Source of the DNA: an uncultured virus (IMG/VR IMGVR_UViG_3300033148_003715)
Lineage: Duplodnaviria; Heunggongvirae; Uroviricota; Caudoviricetes
Virus record (IMG/VR): IMGVR_UViG_3300033148_003715
Length of the DNA stretch: 64,000 nt
Strand: one strand, 5' to 3'
A model generated the notes under the pieces. The model saw only the letters and a list, made by a program, of their open reading frames with translations, was not told the origin of the DNA and searched no databases. Of the stretch, positions 8,501 through 17,451 are shown piece by piece (position 1 is the stretch's first letter; every line of letters starts with the position of its first letter). Made by a program: the position numbers and the translations under genes.

Positions 8501-9900
8501 TCGTTCTCGTCCAGCCCATGTACTCGAAGCGGGAGCTGAACGCGGATTCGAACTACGTGATCTACTCCTCGCTCATCAGGGGGTTTCACGAGGCCGGGCT
8601 CCCCCACCATTTCGTCGTGGTCTTTCCCGATGACAAGAGTGGATTCGCTTACTCGCCAGACGGCTTCTTCTCTCTACCGAACGTGACGCGCGTCCCGCAG
8701 AGAATCAGCACTCGGAAGATGGTCAACGCGGTCACGTTCGACGGGACCTGGTACACGACCCTGCTGAGGCGGTTCGGTTTCGACCTGGTCTGGTGCAACC
8801 TGGTCGAGGTCGCCGCGCAGATCAAGCACTCCAGCGATTCCACGTTTGAGGACGCGGGCCGACCGGCCGTGATCGTGGCTCACAACTACGCCATCCACAG
8901 GTCTCTGCCTTACCCCATGCACGCCATGGAGCATGTCCTGTGGGCGCAGTTCGTCGGGGCCGTCAACGCCGACGTCAACGTGTTCAACAGCGACCACTGC
9001 AAGTTCATGTTGCTCGAGGAGGCCCGAGATCGACTCTCGGAGGAGTCGTGCAAGAAGATTGAGGACAGCTCGGTGAGGATCGACTACGGTCCCCTCGAGG
9101 CCGATCTTCCCATGGTCCAGCACAAGGTCGACCTGCCCATCATCGCCTACAACCATCGCCTACAGGGCTACAAGCAGTGGCGCACGACCTTTGACGTCCT
9201 CAAGGACCTCTGGGACGAGGGAGTGAGATTCCGGGTCCGGTACATGAACAACACGACCGAGAACTCGTCTGCGATCCGGGCGATGCCGTTCGTGGAGGTT
9301 CGACTCTGCAAGGACCGTAGGGACTACCTGGAGGCGCTATCCGGGTGCCACCTCAACGTCATGAACAGCCTGCACGAGACCTTCTGCATCTCCGCGATTG
9401 AGTCCATGGCCCACGGTCAGCCCTTGATCGCCCCGGACGGGGTGACCTTCCCTCAGATCACGGGCAAGACGGCAGGAAACAGGTATCCCTACCTGTTCCG
9501 AGACGTCGACCAACAGAAGGTCATGTTGCGGAAGCTCCTCGCCAGCCCTCTCGAGCGTCGCAGGTTGGGAGGCGTGGTCCGCAAGCACGTCAACGAGAAC
9601 TACACGCGCTCCCTGTGGGTCGAGCGATACGCCGACTTGTTCGAGCAGGCAAGTGCGCGACACCAGCCAAGCACGGACAAGAAGTTCGTCGCCAAGGTCG
9701 GCGACCTTCTGACCTCGTATCCGAGGAGAGGGAAGAAGGCCAGGGCCTTCTACAACGACCTCACGCGCATGCGGGTCAACGGACGACAGAAGGTGAGTAA
9801 CCAGAGTTTCCCCATGGCGAAGGTGATCAGGCTGGCTCGCCAGGCCGGGGGTGAGATCCTGTTCGCCGAGGGCGAGCAGTTCGTGAGGTCGGGTCGGTGA
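8497..9900 (+). CDS. Glycosyltransferase (GT-B, GT4-like)
   Basis: GTGA overlap start; YNHRL..YKQ, SLHETFCISAIESMAHGQPLIAP (E-x7-E motif). Confidence 0.8.
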   Translation: MIVLVQPMYSKRELNADSNYVIYSSLIRGFHEAGLPHHFVVVFPDDKSGFAYSPDGFFSLPNVTRVPQRISTRKMVNAVTFDGTWYTTLLRRFGFDLVWCNLVEVAAQIKHSSDSTFEDAGRPAVIVAHNYAIHRSLPYPMHAMEHVLWAQFVGAVNADVNVFNSDHCKFMLLEEARDRLSEESCKKIEDSSVRIDYGPLEADLPMVQHKVDLPIIAYNHRLQGYKQWRTTFDVLKDLWDEGVRFRVRYMNNTTENSSAIRAMPFVEVRLCKDRRDYLEALSGCHLNVMNSLHETFCISAIESMAHGQPLIAPDGVTFPQITGKTAGNRYPYLFRDVDQQKVMLRKLLASPLERRRLGGVVRKHVNENYTRSLWVERYADLFEQASARHQPSTDKKFVAKVGDLLTSYPRRGKKARAFYNDLTRMRVNGRQKVSNQSFPMAKVIRLARQAGGEILFAEGEQFVRSGR

Positions 9901-10760
9901 GGGTCCTGGTGACTGGCGCGGCAGGATTCATCGGGAGAGCGGCGTGCAGTCGTCTCGTCGGGGAAGGCCACGAGGTCGTAGGTCTTGACAGTTTCGTGAA
10001 GCCCTCGGCGGCCTGGCCCAGCGGATTCGAGGAGCGATACAGGGCCGACGTGCGCGACCTGCCCGAGCTGCCGATCCGGGCGTGTGACGCTGTCATCCAC
10101 TTGGCGGCCCAGACCGCCGTCACCAGATCCTATGACGCGCCCCGTGCGGACTTCCTCGCGAACGCTGCGGGCACGTTCGAGGTCTGCTTGTGGGCGCGGT
10201 CCTGTGGGGCGCGCGTGATCTACGCGAGCACGAACAAGGTCTACGGCGACCTCGAGGACAAGAGAGAGCCCACGAGCCGTCACGATCCGATCGACCCCAG
10301 GACCCCGTACGGGGTCAGCAAGGCGACCGGTGCCCTCTATGTGAGGGAGCTTGTCGATCGGGGCTACGTGTTCCACCAGAGCTGTATCTACGGGCTCGAG
10401 CAACAGGGCACGATAGATCAGGGCTGGGTCTCGTTCGTGGCTCGTCAGATCCGCCTCGGTCGGCCGATCTGCTGCTTCGGTGACGGCACCCAGGTGAGAG
10501 ACCTTCTTCACGTTGACGATCTTGTGAGGTGCTACCTGGTGGCCCTCCGGGGCGACCTCGAGCCGGGTTCATACGTGGTCGGTGGAGGGTCCGAGAACGC
10601 ACGGTCGTTCTCTGATGTGATAGACCTCCTGGGGGGAGAGATCGCCTCGTTCGGCCCCTGGCGGTTGCACGATCAGAGGTACTTCGTCAGCCTGAACGAC
10701 GACCTGCCGTGGAGTCCGCGGGTGGACGTGAGGGCCGGGATCGAGGCTCTGAATCGGTGA
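9897..10760 (+). CDS. NAD-dependent nucleotide-sugar epimerase/dehydratase (CDP-paratose epimerase-like SDR)
   Basis: VLVTGAAGFIG, HLAAQTAV, ASTNKVYG, YGVSK (YxxxK), SCIYG..Q.GT.DQGWV, GDGTQVRDLLHVDDL. Confidence 0.9.
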   Translation: MRVLVTGAAGFIGRAACSRLVGEGHEVVGLDSFVKPSAAWPSGFEERYRADVRDLPELPIRACDAVIHLAAQTAVTRSYDAPRADFLANAAGTFEVCLWARSCGARVIYASTNKVYGDLEDKREPTSRHDPIDPRTPYGVSKATGALYVRELVDRGYVFHQSCIYGLEQQGTIDQGWVSFVARQIRLGRPICCFGDGTQVRDLLHVDDLVRCYLVALRGDLEPGSYVVGGGSENARSFSDVIDLLGGEIASFGPWRLHDQRYFVSLNDDLPWSPRVDVRAGIEALNR

Positions 10761-12967
10761 CGCTTTCGCTCGCACTCCTCGACTCACTCGCTCACGTTGA
10801 CTGGCTCGCCCACGCGCTTGTCGGGAAGGCGACCAAGCAACCCGGGCTTGCCTCGGTCTTGACCGAAGACGGATTCATCCAGGAGATCCTGCGCGAGTCT
10901 CGATTGATCCAGAGACAGGTTGGTCAGGCACTCAACTCGAGGGCCGTCCGGGACGGGCTTCTTGCGAGCACGAACATCAACTGGAGGGGAGTGAGCCTGA
11001 GTCAGCGCCGGGACGCGGTCAAGGCCATGTCGAACCTGATGGCTGGCCTCCCTTCGATGTTCTCTCCGAGCGTGAGGGGGATTCTGGACACGAACACGAA
11101 CAGGATCGTCGACGACGTTCATCAGAAGCTCGGGGCCAGGCACAAGGTGTTTGGGGTCGACCCCGTGTTCGCGTTGAAGAACAAGCAGGCCATCGCGGCC
11201 ATCAACGACTCGACGTCGATCTTCTTCTCTCCCGAGTACGAGCGGCAGGCCGGTCGGTTCCGGGCTCGCTCGCAGGACGTGATGCAACGGGGTCTCTCAG
11301 AGGGGCTCGGGTCGAGGGAGATCGGAGCACAACTCAGGACCGAGTTCAGAAACACAGCCATCAATCGCAACTACTGGGACACGGTCGCGGCCGTCCACGT
11401 CAACCGCGCCAGGTCGTTCTCGGCCGCGGCCACCTACGCCTCGAACGGGGTGACGCAGTTCGAGGTCGTCGCGGTGATGGATAAACGCACGACCGAGGTG
11501 TGCAGAATGCTCGATGGAACGATCCTCAGCGTAGAGTCCGCCCTGAACGCCTTTGACTCCATGGAGGCCGCGGAGGACCTCGACGGGGTTAAGGCTGCGA
11601 CGCCGTTCATGCAGGTCAGGGGAGGGACGATCAGCAATCAGCATGGGACGATCGCGACTCGCGCTCAGGGCGGCGGGTGGAACCGAGTCTCTCCTGCTGG
11701 CATGAATGCGAAGGGAGTCAATATGCCCCCTTTTCACATGCGCTGCAGGACGACCGTTGTGCCGGTCATGTCGTCGGCGTCCCCGATCTCTCCCCCGGTG
11801 GGGGCGACCGAGGCCCCCACTCCTCCTCCGTTGCCCGCGACGAGTGTTCGTCCACCTATCGCCACCATCGCTCCCAAGGCGCCTACGCCGAAGCCGACCG
11901 ATCCCTACAACCCAGGACCGGATCCGATCAGCGCGGTCGGGACAGCATCGGAGAAGCGCAAGGCCGTGCTTGGGCAGATTCGTGATGGCCGTGGTCTTCC
12001 TCCGGGGGCGATGCACAAGGGCCCACTCAGTGCCGAGCATCGCTTGTTCGGCTCTGGTTCCGACAAGCAAGGCAAGGTAGACCAGTTCGGGATCGAGACC
12101 GCCGAGGCGTTCGCGAAGATTGGCCGAGGCATGATCGCCAACGACAAGAAGCTCCGCGCGGCCTGGAACAAGGCAGTCAAGATCGGCAAGGACCCCGGCA
12201 CGGCTACTACGTTCGATGCCTTCGATGCCAGGGCCAACGCGAGCAAGGAGATCCTGCGGGTGGCTCGACGCCTGGGCGCGAAGGCGATCCCCCAGGCCGA
12301 ACGCGCCGCGAGGAAGAAGAAGTTCCAGAAGGACGTAGTCGCCATGGTCAAGCCCGGCAAGGAGCATCTGAAGCTCTTTACTGGGGCTAAGGGGAAAGTA
12401 TCTGCGGCTGACAAGAAGGACCTGAGGAAGTGGGCGGGCGAGGCGTTCGACTCTTGGGGACCCATGGCCGAGCAAGCCCTGATGAGGAATAGGAACATCT
12501 ACAAAATGCCCAGCTCGGTTAGGGCTCACAACTCAGATGATTTTCGATATTTCGGCTACACGGATCGCCAAGCCTTCCATCATGAGTTTGCCCATTCGAT
12601 CGAGTCGCACGCAATCGTCCCGCGGTGGCACGGCGGGTCGAATCCAAGTTCGACCCGCGACGATTCGTTCTGGTCGGCGCGGATCAAGACGCGCGATCCA
12701 GGACCGAGAAAGCAGATGGTCGGCTACGGCCCGGGTGAAAAGAGTCGCGAGGACAAGTGGGCTAGTCCCTACATGGGCAAAGACTACAGCGACGGGGGGT
12801 CTGAAGTCGTCACCATGTTCAGCGAGATGTTCGGCGGCAACCTGTCGAACGTGAGCCGACAGATCGCCAAGGATCACTCAGCGGTCGAGGAGTTTCTCGG
12901 CTACATGGTCTCGATGATCAATGGCGAAGTCACCCGCCAAGCCAGGGGAGGATTCGTTGGCCTCTAA
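10757..12967 (+). CDS. Head morphogenesis protein (MuF/SPP1 gp7 family) with Pro-rich linker and C-terminal HEXXH domain
   Basis: AVMDKRTTEVCRMLDG and PPFHMRCRTTVVP (MuF); HHEFAHSIE at about 12578-12604; PYMGKDY...EVVTM. Confidence 0.85.
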   Translation: MTLSLALLDSLAHVDWLAHALVGKATKQPGLASVLTEDGFIQEILRESRLIQRQVGQALNSRAVRDGLLASTNINWRGVSLSQRRDAVKAMSNLMAGLPSMFSPSVRGILDTNTNRIVDDVHQKLGARHKVFGVDPVFALKNKQAIAAINDSTSIFFSPEYERQAGRFRARSQDVMQRGLSEGLGSREIGAQLRTEFRNTAINRNYWDTVAAVHVNRARSFSAAATYASNGVTQFEVVAVMDKRTTEVCRMLDGTILSVESALNAFDSMEAAEDLDGVKAATPFMQVRGGTISNQHGTIATRAQGGGWNRVSPAGMNAKGVNMPPFHMRCRTTVVPVMSSASPISPPVGATEAPTPPPLPATSVRPPIATIAPKAPTPKPTDPYNPGPDPISAVGTASEKRKAVLGQIRDGRGLPPGAMHKGPLSAEHRLFGSGSDKQGKVDQFGIETAEAFAKIGRGMIANDKKLRAAWNKAVKIGKDPGTATTFDAFDARANASKEILRVARRLGAKAIPQAERAARKKKFQKDVVAMVKPGKEHLKLFTGAKGKVSAADKKDLRKWAGEAFDSWGPMAEQALMRNRNIYKMPSSVRAHNSDDFRYFGYTDRQAFHHEFAHSIESHAIVPRWHGGSNPSSTRDDSFWSARIKTRDPGPRKQMVGYGPGEKSREDKWASPYMGKDYSDGGSEVVTMFSEMFGGNLSNVSRQIAKDHSAVEEFLGYMVSMINGEVTRQARGGFVGL

Positions 12968-13307
12968 GGAGAAGAAGGCCGTTTTGGCCGTGTGGGATCG
13001 TGACCGAGTCGTCGAGATCGAGGTGACCTGGAACAAGGGGTACGATGTCGACGCTTCGATCAAGGTCCCAGCCAGGTTCAAGCCTGTCTGGAAGGCCGCA
13101 GTCGAGTTCCTCCGTGAGGAGCGAGGACCGAGAGACACGATCTCTCCCTACGGGGGTCTCTCGCAGATTGCGGTTCTGTCTCGAGACCTGAACAAGACCG
13201 CGACGGGTGCGTTTGCAGTCGCGAGCGCGATCTGGCCCAACGCGGGCTGGAAGGTGCGACCTCCCTACCCGGAGGTTGAAGATCCGAGCGAAAAGGTGAA
13301 GCCATGA
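12957..13307 (+). CDS. Hypothetical protein overlapping the MuF stop (immunity candidate)
   Basis: TTG 12957 with GGGGAGGA RBS (ORF track starts at 12921). Confidence 0.55.
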   Translation: MASKEKKAVLAVWDRDRVVEIEVTWNKGYDVDASIKVPARFKPVWKAAVEFLREERGPRDTISPYGGLSQIAVLSRDLNKTATGAFAVASAIWPNAGWKVRPPYPEVEDPSEKVKP

Positions 13308-13633
13308 CGGGACCACTGATCAAGATCAACGAGGACTTCAACCGAGGCGATCAGCGGCGAGCCTACCGCGAATTCTGGTCTGTCATGTACCCGATCGTGG
13401 CTCTCGTGGTGGAGTCGAGTTTCATGCACCCCTCGACGGGCATGAAGACAGACCCGACTCAGGCCGAGATCAAGGAGCGGACCGACGTCTGCAAGAAACT
13501 CGTCGACACCATGAGGAACGACCTCGGGTGGAGCCAGGTGAGGATCAAGGACAACCTGGCCCTGGCCCTGCGGACGAAGCTGTCGGGTCTCGTCGTCGAC
13601 CTCGACGCGCTCGCCAAGCGGGGATCCTGGTAG
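13304..13633 (+). CDS. Hypothetical protein
   Basis: ATGA overlap; GC3-rich ORF. Confidence 0.7.
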   Translation: MTGPLIKINEDFNRGDQRRAYREFWSVMYPIVALVVESSFMHPSTGMKTDPTQAEIKERTDVCKKLVDTMRNDLGWSQVRIKDNLALALRTKLSGLVVDLDALAKRGSW

Positions 13634-13638
13634 GACTG

Positions 13639-13656
13639 GTTTGGGATATCGCAAAC
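13639..13656. promoter_or_regulatory. 18-bp palindrome, copy 2 (one mismatch)
   Basis: GTTTGGGATATCGCAAAC, 5 nt after a stop and 7 nt before a -35 box. Confidence 0.8.
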
Positions 13657-13663
13657 CCCTAGC

Positions 13664-13693
13664 TTGACTCCCCACCCCGAGCACGCTTAGACT
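13664..13693 (+). promoter_or_regulatory. Sigma70-like promoter candidate
   Basis: TTGACT-18 nt-TAGACT upstream of ATG 13731. Confidence 0.55.
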
Positions 13694-13730
13694 CTTGATC
13701 GTAGAAGAAGACCACCGGAGGATCACCGAA

Positions 13731-14363
13731 ATGCCGATCACCGCCGACGAACTCAAGAAGGCTCTCGCGCCGATCACCGAGATCGAGAAGACCGAGCGCG
13801 TCGACCTCGACCCCCTCAAGGTCGCCAAGGCCCTGGTGGCCGAAACGACCAGCTTCGTCTCCGCCGACGACCCCATGTCGAAGCTCGACGCGATCTGCGA
13901 CCGCGTGGACGGGATCGACACCCTCCTCGAGAAGGCCGAGGAGGACGACGGGGGGATCTTCGTCAGCGTCCTGCCGACGAACGAGATCGCCAAGGAGTTC
14001 TCGATCGTCAAGACCGACCCTAAGCCCGCCCCGGCCGCGCCCCCTCCGGTCACGGAGAAGGGCAAGGAGGGCACTGGCGGGGTGGCCGAGGCCGGAGCCA
14101 CCTCGGAGGGCGACAAGGCCCAGGGTGGGGCCAAGGCGGCCCCTGAGGGTGGGAAGACCGAGACCGAGAAGGGCGACGGCCTCTCCGACGACGTCGAGTG
14201 GGCCAACGACCTGGCCCCGGCCAAGCCCCCCACGACCCGCAGCGAGCGCCTGACCAAGGACGAAAGGCCCGTCCCGGCCCGCCGCGGCGCCAGCGCGACC
14301 ATGGCCAAGTACGAGAAGGCCCGAGACCGGGCCATGGGTCGCAGCGAGCGCTGCACGGAGTAG
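13731..14363 (+). CDS. Acidic low-complexity head-module protein
   Basis: ATG 13731 with GGAGGA RBS; lies before the protease. Confidence 0.7.
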   Translation: MPITADELKKALAPITEIEKTERVDLDPLKVAKALVAETTSFVSADDPMSKLDAICDRVDGIDTLLEKAEEDDGGIFVSVLPTNEIAKEFSIVKTDPKPAPAAPPPVTEKGKEGTGGVAEAGATSEGDKAQGGAKAAPEGGKTETEKGDGLSDDVEWANDLAPAKPPTTRSERLTKDERPVPARRGASATMAKYEKARDRAMGRSERCTE

Positions 14364-14371
14364 GTTCATCG

Positions 14372-15451
14372 ATGGCGGCCAAGCAGGAGCCGAAGAAGAC
14401 TGAGGCCGGCGTGCAGTTCCCCGCCGCTGCCTACGCCCACGTGCCCGACGGGTCCAAGCCGAGCACGTGGAAGCTGCGCCTGTTCGATACCCCGGCCGAC
14501 GTCGCGGCCGGCAAGCCGTCGATCAGGATCACCGCCGCGGCCGTCATGGCCCTGTCGTCGTCTGGGTTTCGAGGACAGCCGGTCCAGATCCCCGCCTCCG
14601 ACCGCGCCGCCGTCAAGCGCAAGGTCGCCGCGGCTTGGCTCAAGGCTCGCCGTCAGGCGGGTCAACAGGCCGCGCTCCCCCAGGTCCTCAAGGTGGACGA
14701 GATCCCGGCGACGAAGCTCGAGGGAATCGTCCTCTCGCTTGACGAGGCCGGTCAGGAGGCGTTTAGCCGCCTCGCGGGCTCGCTCCCCGAGATCGCCAAG
14801 GTCGTCGGGGACCTGGCGCGGGACATGGTGGTCGACCCGACGCAGAAGCGCGACGAGCCTGTCCCGGTCGGGACCGCCGTCGCCGACCTCGAGATCCTCT
14901 TGCTTCAGGTCAAGGATGAGGCTATCAAGAAGAGGATCGAGGGCGTCCTCGGGGTCCTGGGGAAGGCCGAGAAGTTTGGGATATCCCAAACCGATCCTGG
15001 GACACTACAGCCCGAGCAGGGGGAGTTGGAGCCGGGGACGGTTGAGGAGCCCACGTTCGCTCCGATCGACGTCAAGATCGTCAAGATCGAGTCCGAGGAG
15101 GAGCGCACGGTCTTTGGGATCGTCCTCGAGCCTGAGGAGATCGACTCCCAGAAGGACGTCTACTCGGAGGACGAGGTCCGCAAGACCGCGTATCAGTTCC
15201 TCGAGCGTTACCAACAGTTCGGCCTCATGCACCAGCAGATCGTCTCGACGATCCTCCCGCTCGAGTCCTACCTGGCCCCGGTCGAGTTCAAGAGCGGTGA
15301 GCAAACGATCAAGAAGGGGACCTGGCTACTCCGCACCAGGATCCTTGACGACGCGATTTGGAAGAAGATCAAGAAGGGCGAGTTGACTGGGTATTCGATC
15401 GGTGGGTCGGCCGTCAGGACTCCCGACAAGGTCAAGGTTACCGCGGCGTGA
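14372..15451 (+). CDS. Prohead protease (XkdF-like)
   Basis: EERTVFGIVLEP..IDSQKD, GLMH, ESYLAP, IKKGTWLL, IWKKIKKGELTGYSIGG. Confidence 0.85.
   Translation: MAAKQEPKKTEAGVQFPAAAYAHVPDGSKPSTWKLRLFDTPADVAAGKPSIRITAAAVMALSSSGFRGQPVQIPASDRAAVKRKVAAAWLKARRQAGQQAALPQVLKVDEIPATKLEGIVLSLDEAGQEAFSRLAGSLPEIAKVVGDLARDMVVDPTQKRDEPVPVGTAVADLEILLLQVKDEAIKKRIEGVLGVLGKAEKFGISQTDPGTLQPEQGELEPGTVEEPTFAPIDVKIVKIESEEERTVFGIVLEPEEIDSQKDVYSEDEVRKTAYQFLERYQQFGLMHQQIVSTILPLESYLAPVEFKSGEQTIKKGTWLLRTRILDDAIWKKIKKGELTGYSIGGSAVRTPDKVKVTAA
14974..14991. promoter_or_regulatory. 18-bp palindrome, copy 3 (perfect), inside the protease CDS
   Basis: GTTTGGGATATCCCAAAC, read as K-F-G-I-S-Q-T with codons atypical for this gene (TTT, ATA, CAA). 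Confidence 0.8.
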
Positions 15452-15460
15452 CCAGAGACC

Positions 15461-15490
15461 TTGACCGCGACGATCGGAAACGAGTAAGCT
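15461..15490 (+). promoter_or_regulatory. Sigma70-like promoter candidate
   Basis: TTGACC-18 nt-TAAGCT upstream of 15516. Confidence 0.5.
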
Positions 15491-15515
15491 CAGGCGTGTT
15501 GGAAGTGGCAGCAGC

Positions 15516-17381
15516 ATGACAACCGACGCGCTTGCTTCTGAGAAGGATGAGGATGTTGGTCGCCTGACCGACATGGACACGCGCGAGGTCTCGGTCGTGG
15601 ACCGGGCGGCGAACAAGAAGGTCTTCCTCATCATTAAGAGAGACGGCGACGTGACCACGACTACCGAGACCAAGAAGCCCAAGACCGAGCCCGAGACGGG
15701 CGCGGTGAAGAAGCAGCTCGAGGACGGCCTGACCCGCGTCGACGCGATCAAGGCGGCGATCGAGGCGACCGAGACCGCCAAGGAGGGCGGGGGCTCCGTC
15801 CCAGAGGCGGTCAAGACCGAGATCGTGGTCACCCAGTGCGTGCTCAAGGGGATCGCGGGCGTTACTGTCAAGGGCTCCCTCGTCATGGCTCAGGCCGACC
15901 TCTCCGGGATCGGCCCGATCACGCAGGTCGCGAAGACCGCCGCGGTCAAGATCCTCGACGAGGTCTCGACCCGGGTCTCGACCCTCAAGGACGCGATCGG
16001 GACCGCGACCATGCTCGACGCGGTCCAGGCCCGGAGTCTCGACGGGGCCGCCGACCTGCTGGCCTCGATCCCCTCCATGGGGGCCGCGGGTCCATTCGTC
16101 ACCAAGGCGTCCCTGACGGGCGCGCAGGCCGACAAGGTCTTTGTCGCGATCCAGAAGTCGGTCGCAGAGCTGACGTCGCTGTTCGTCGCGCTCCAGACTG
16201 ACACGGTCGCCAAGAGCGCCGACGTGGCCGACCAGTTCGTCGTCGGGTCCGTGCTTCACGCCGCCGCGAGCGAGGTCGAGAAGTCCGTCGCCGAGATCCT
16301 CTCGGGTGGCGAGGACCACCGCAGCGCGGGCGAGCGTGCGGTCGAGTCCATCAGGGAGATCGAGAAGTCGCTCGGCGACAAGGCCAGCGAGGCCTTGACC
16401 GAGGTGAGCGGCACCGTGGTCGAGATCGCCAAGGCGGCGACCATGTACGAGACCGCGTGCGACTGGGACGCCAAGCCGGGCGAGGACAAGTACTACGTGG
16501 TCCTCCGCACAGCCCCCGAGCCGGACAAGAAGATCAGCTCGCACGGGTCGAGGATCGAGGCCAAGAACGCGGCCCTGAAGCTGAACATGGAGGCCGTGGC
16601 CAAGATCGCCAAGGGCGCGACCAAGAAGGGGTTCACGGTCAAGCCGGGCGGCAAGGGCTACCTGGTCGTCGACGCCGACTCGGGCAAGATCGTGCTCGAC
16701 ACCGCGGACGAGGCAGCGGCGAAGAAGAAGGCGATGGAGCTGAACTTCGGCGCGAAGAAGAACGACACAGGCAAGGAGGACGACGTGACCGCCACCGCCA
16801 CCGCGACCACGGGGACCGAGACGACCCAGACCGGGAAGGTCGGGACTCCCATGCAGAGCAACCGCCTGAACCGACTCAAGGGGGCGGTGAAGCTCCTCAA
16901 GGAGGCCCTGGGCGACCTCCGGTCCGGGAGCGTCAGCATGGAGAAGTTCCGCAAGGTCGGCGACCTCCTGGGGACGCTGATCAACGAGCTGGGCGTGGTG
17001 AAGCAGTCGGGCCAGACCGGCGGCGTCGACGACGTCCGCGACACCACCCCCGGCAACGCCAACGTGGGCTCCGGCGTCCAGCCCGACGCGGCGTCCGTCG
17101 CGGACGCGACCGCCGTCGTGGGCGACGGCACCCCCGACTCGCTCAAGCAGATCCTCAAGCAGCTCGAGGACCTCAAGGGCGAGGTCGCGAAGGTCTCCGA
17201 GGCGGCGACGAAGAAGGACGAGACGATCGCCGGCCTCAAGACCGAGCTCGCCACGATCAAGAAGGCCAAGGCCGCGCCGAGCGCGCCCCCCGAGGACGAC
17301 GGCGTCGTCGCGGGCAAGGTCGAGAAGTCCGAGCGGGTCGCGTGGCCCGCCGACATGAACACCATCACCCTGAAGGACTGA
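15516..17381 (+). CDS. Putative capsid scaffolding protein with an N-terminal protease-type strand
   Basis: Ala/Lys/Glu-rich coiled coil directly before the capsid gene; N-terminal LTDMDTREVSVVDRAANKKVFLIIKR. Confidence 0.65.
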   Translation: MTTDALASEKDEDVGRLTDMDTREVSVVDRAANKKVFLIIKRDGDVTTTTETKKPKTEPETGAVKKQLEDGLTRVDAIKAAIEATETAKEGGGSVPEAVKTEIVVTQCVLKGIAGVTVKGSLVMAQADLSGIGPITQVAKTAAVKILDEVSTRVSTLKDAIGTATMLDAVQARSLDGAADLLASIPSMGAAGPFVTKASLTGAQADKVFVAIQKSVAELTSLFVALQTDTVAKSADVADQFVVGSVLHAAASEVEKSVAEILSGGEDHRSAGERAVESIREIEKSLGDKASEALTEVSGTVVEIAKAATMYETACDWDAKPGEDKYYVVLRTAPEPDKKISSHGSRIEAKNAALKLNMEAVAKIAKGATKKGFTVKPGGKGYLVVDADSGKIVLDTADEAAAKKKAMELNFGAKKNDTGKEDDVTATATATTGTETTQTGKVGTPMQSNRLNRLKGAVKLLKEALGDLRSGSVSMEKFRKVGDLLGTLINELGVVKQSGQTGGVDDVRDTTPGNANVGSGVQPDAASVADATAVVGDGTPDSLKQILKQLEDLKGEVAKVSEAATKKDETIAGLKTELATIKKAKAAPSAPPEDDGVVAGKVEKSERVAWPADMNTITLKD

Positions 17382-17451
17382 AACCACCAAGGACTGCCGA
17401 ACCGCCTCGGCGGGACGTGGCCGAACCCGTAAGAGTAGGAGGAACTCACTC

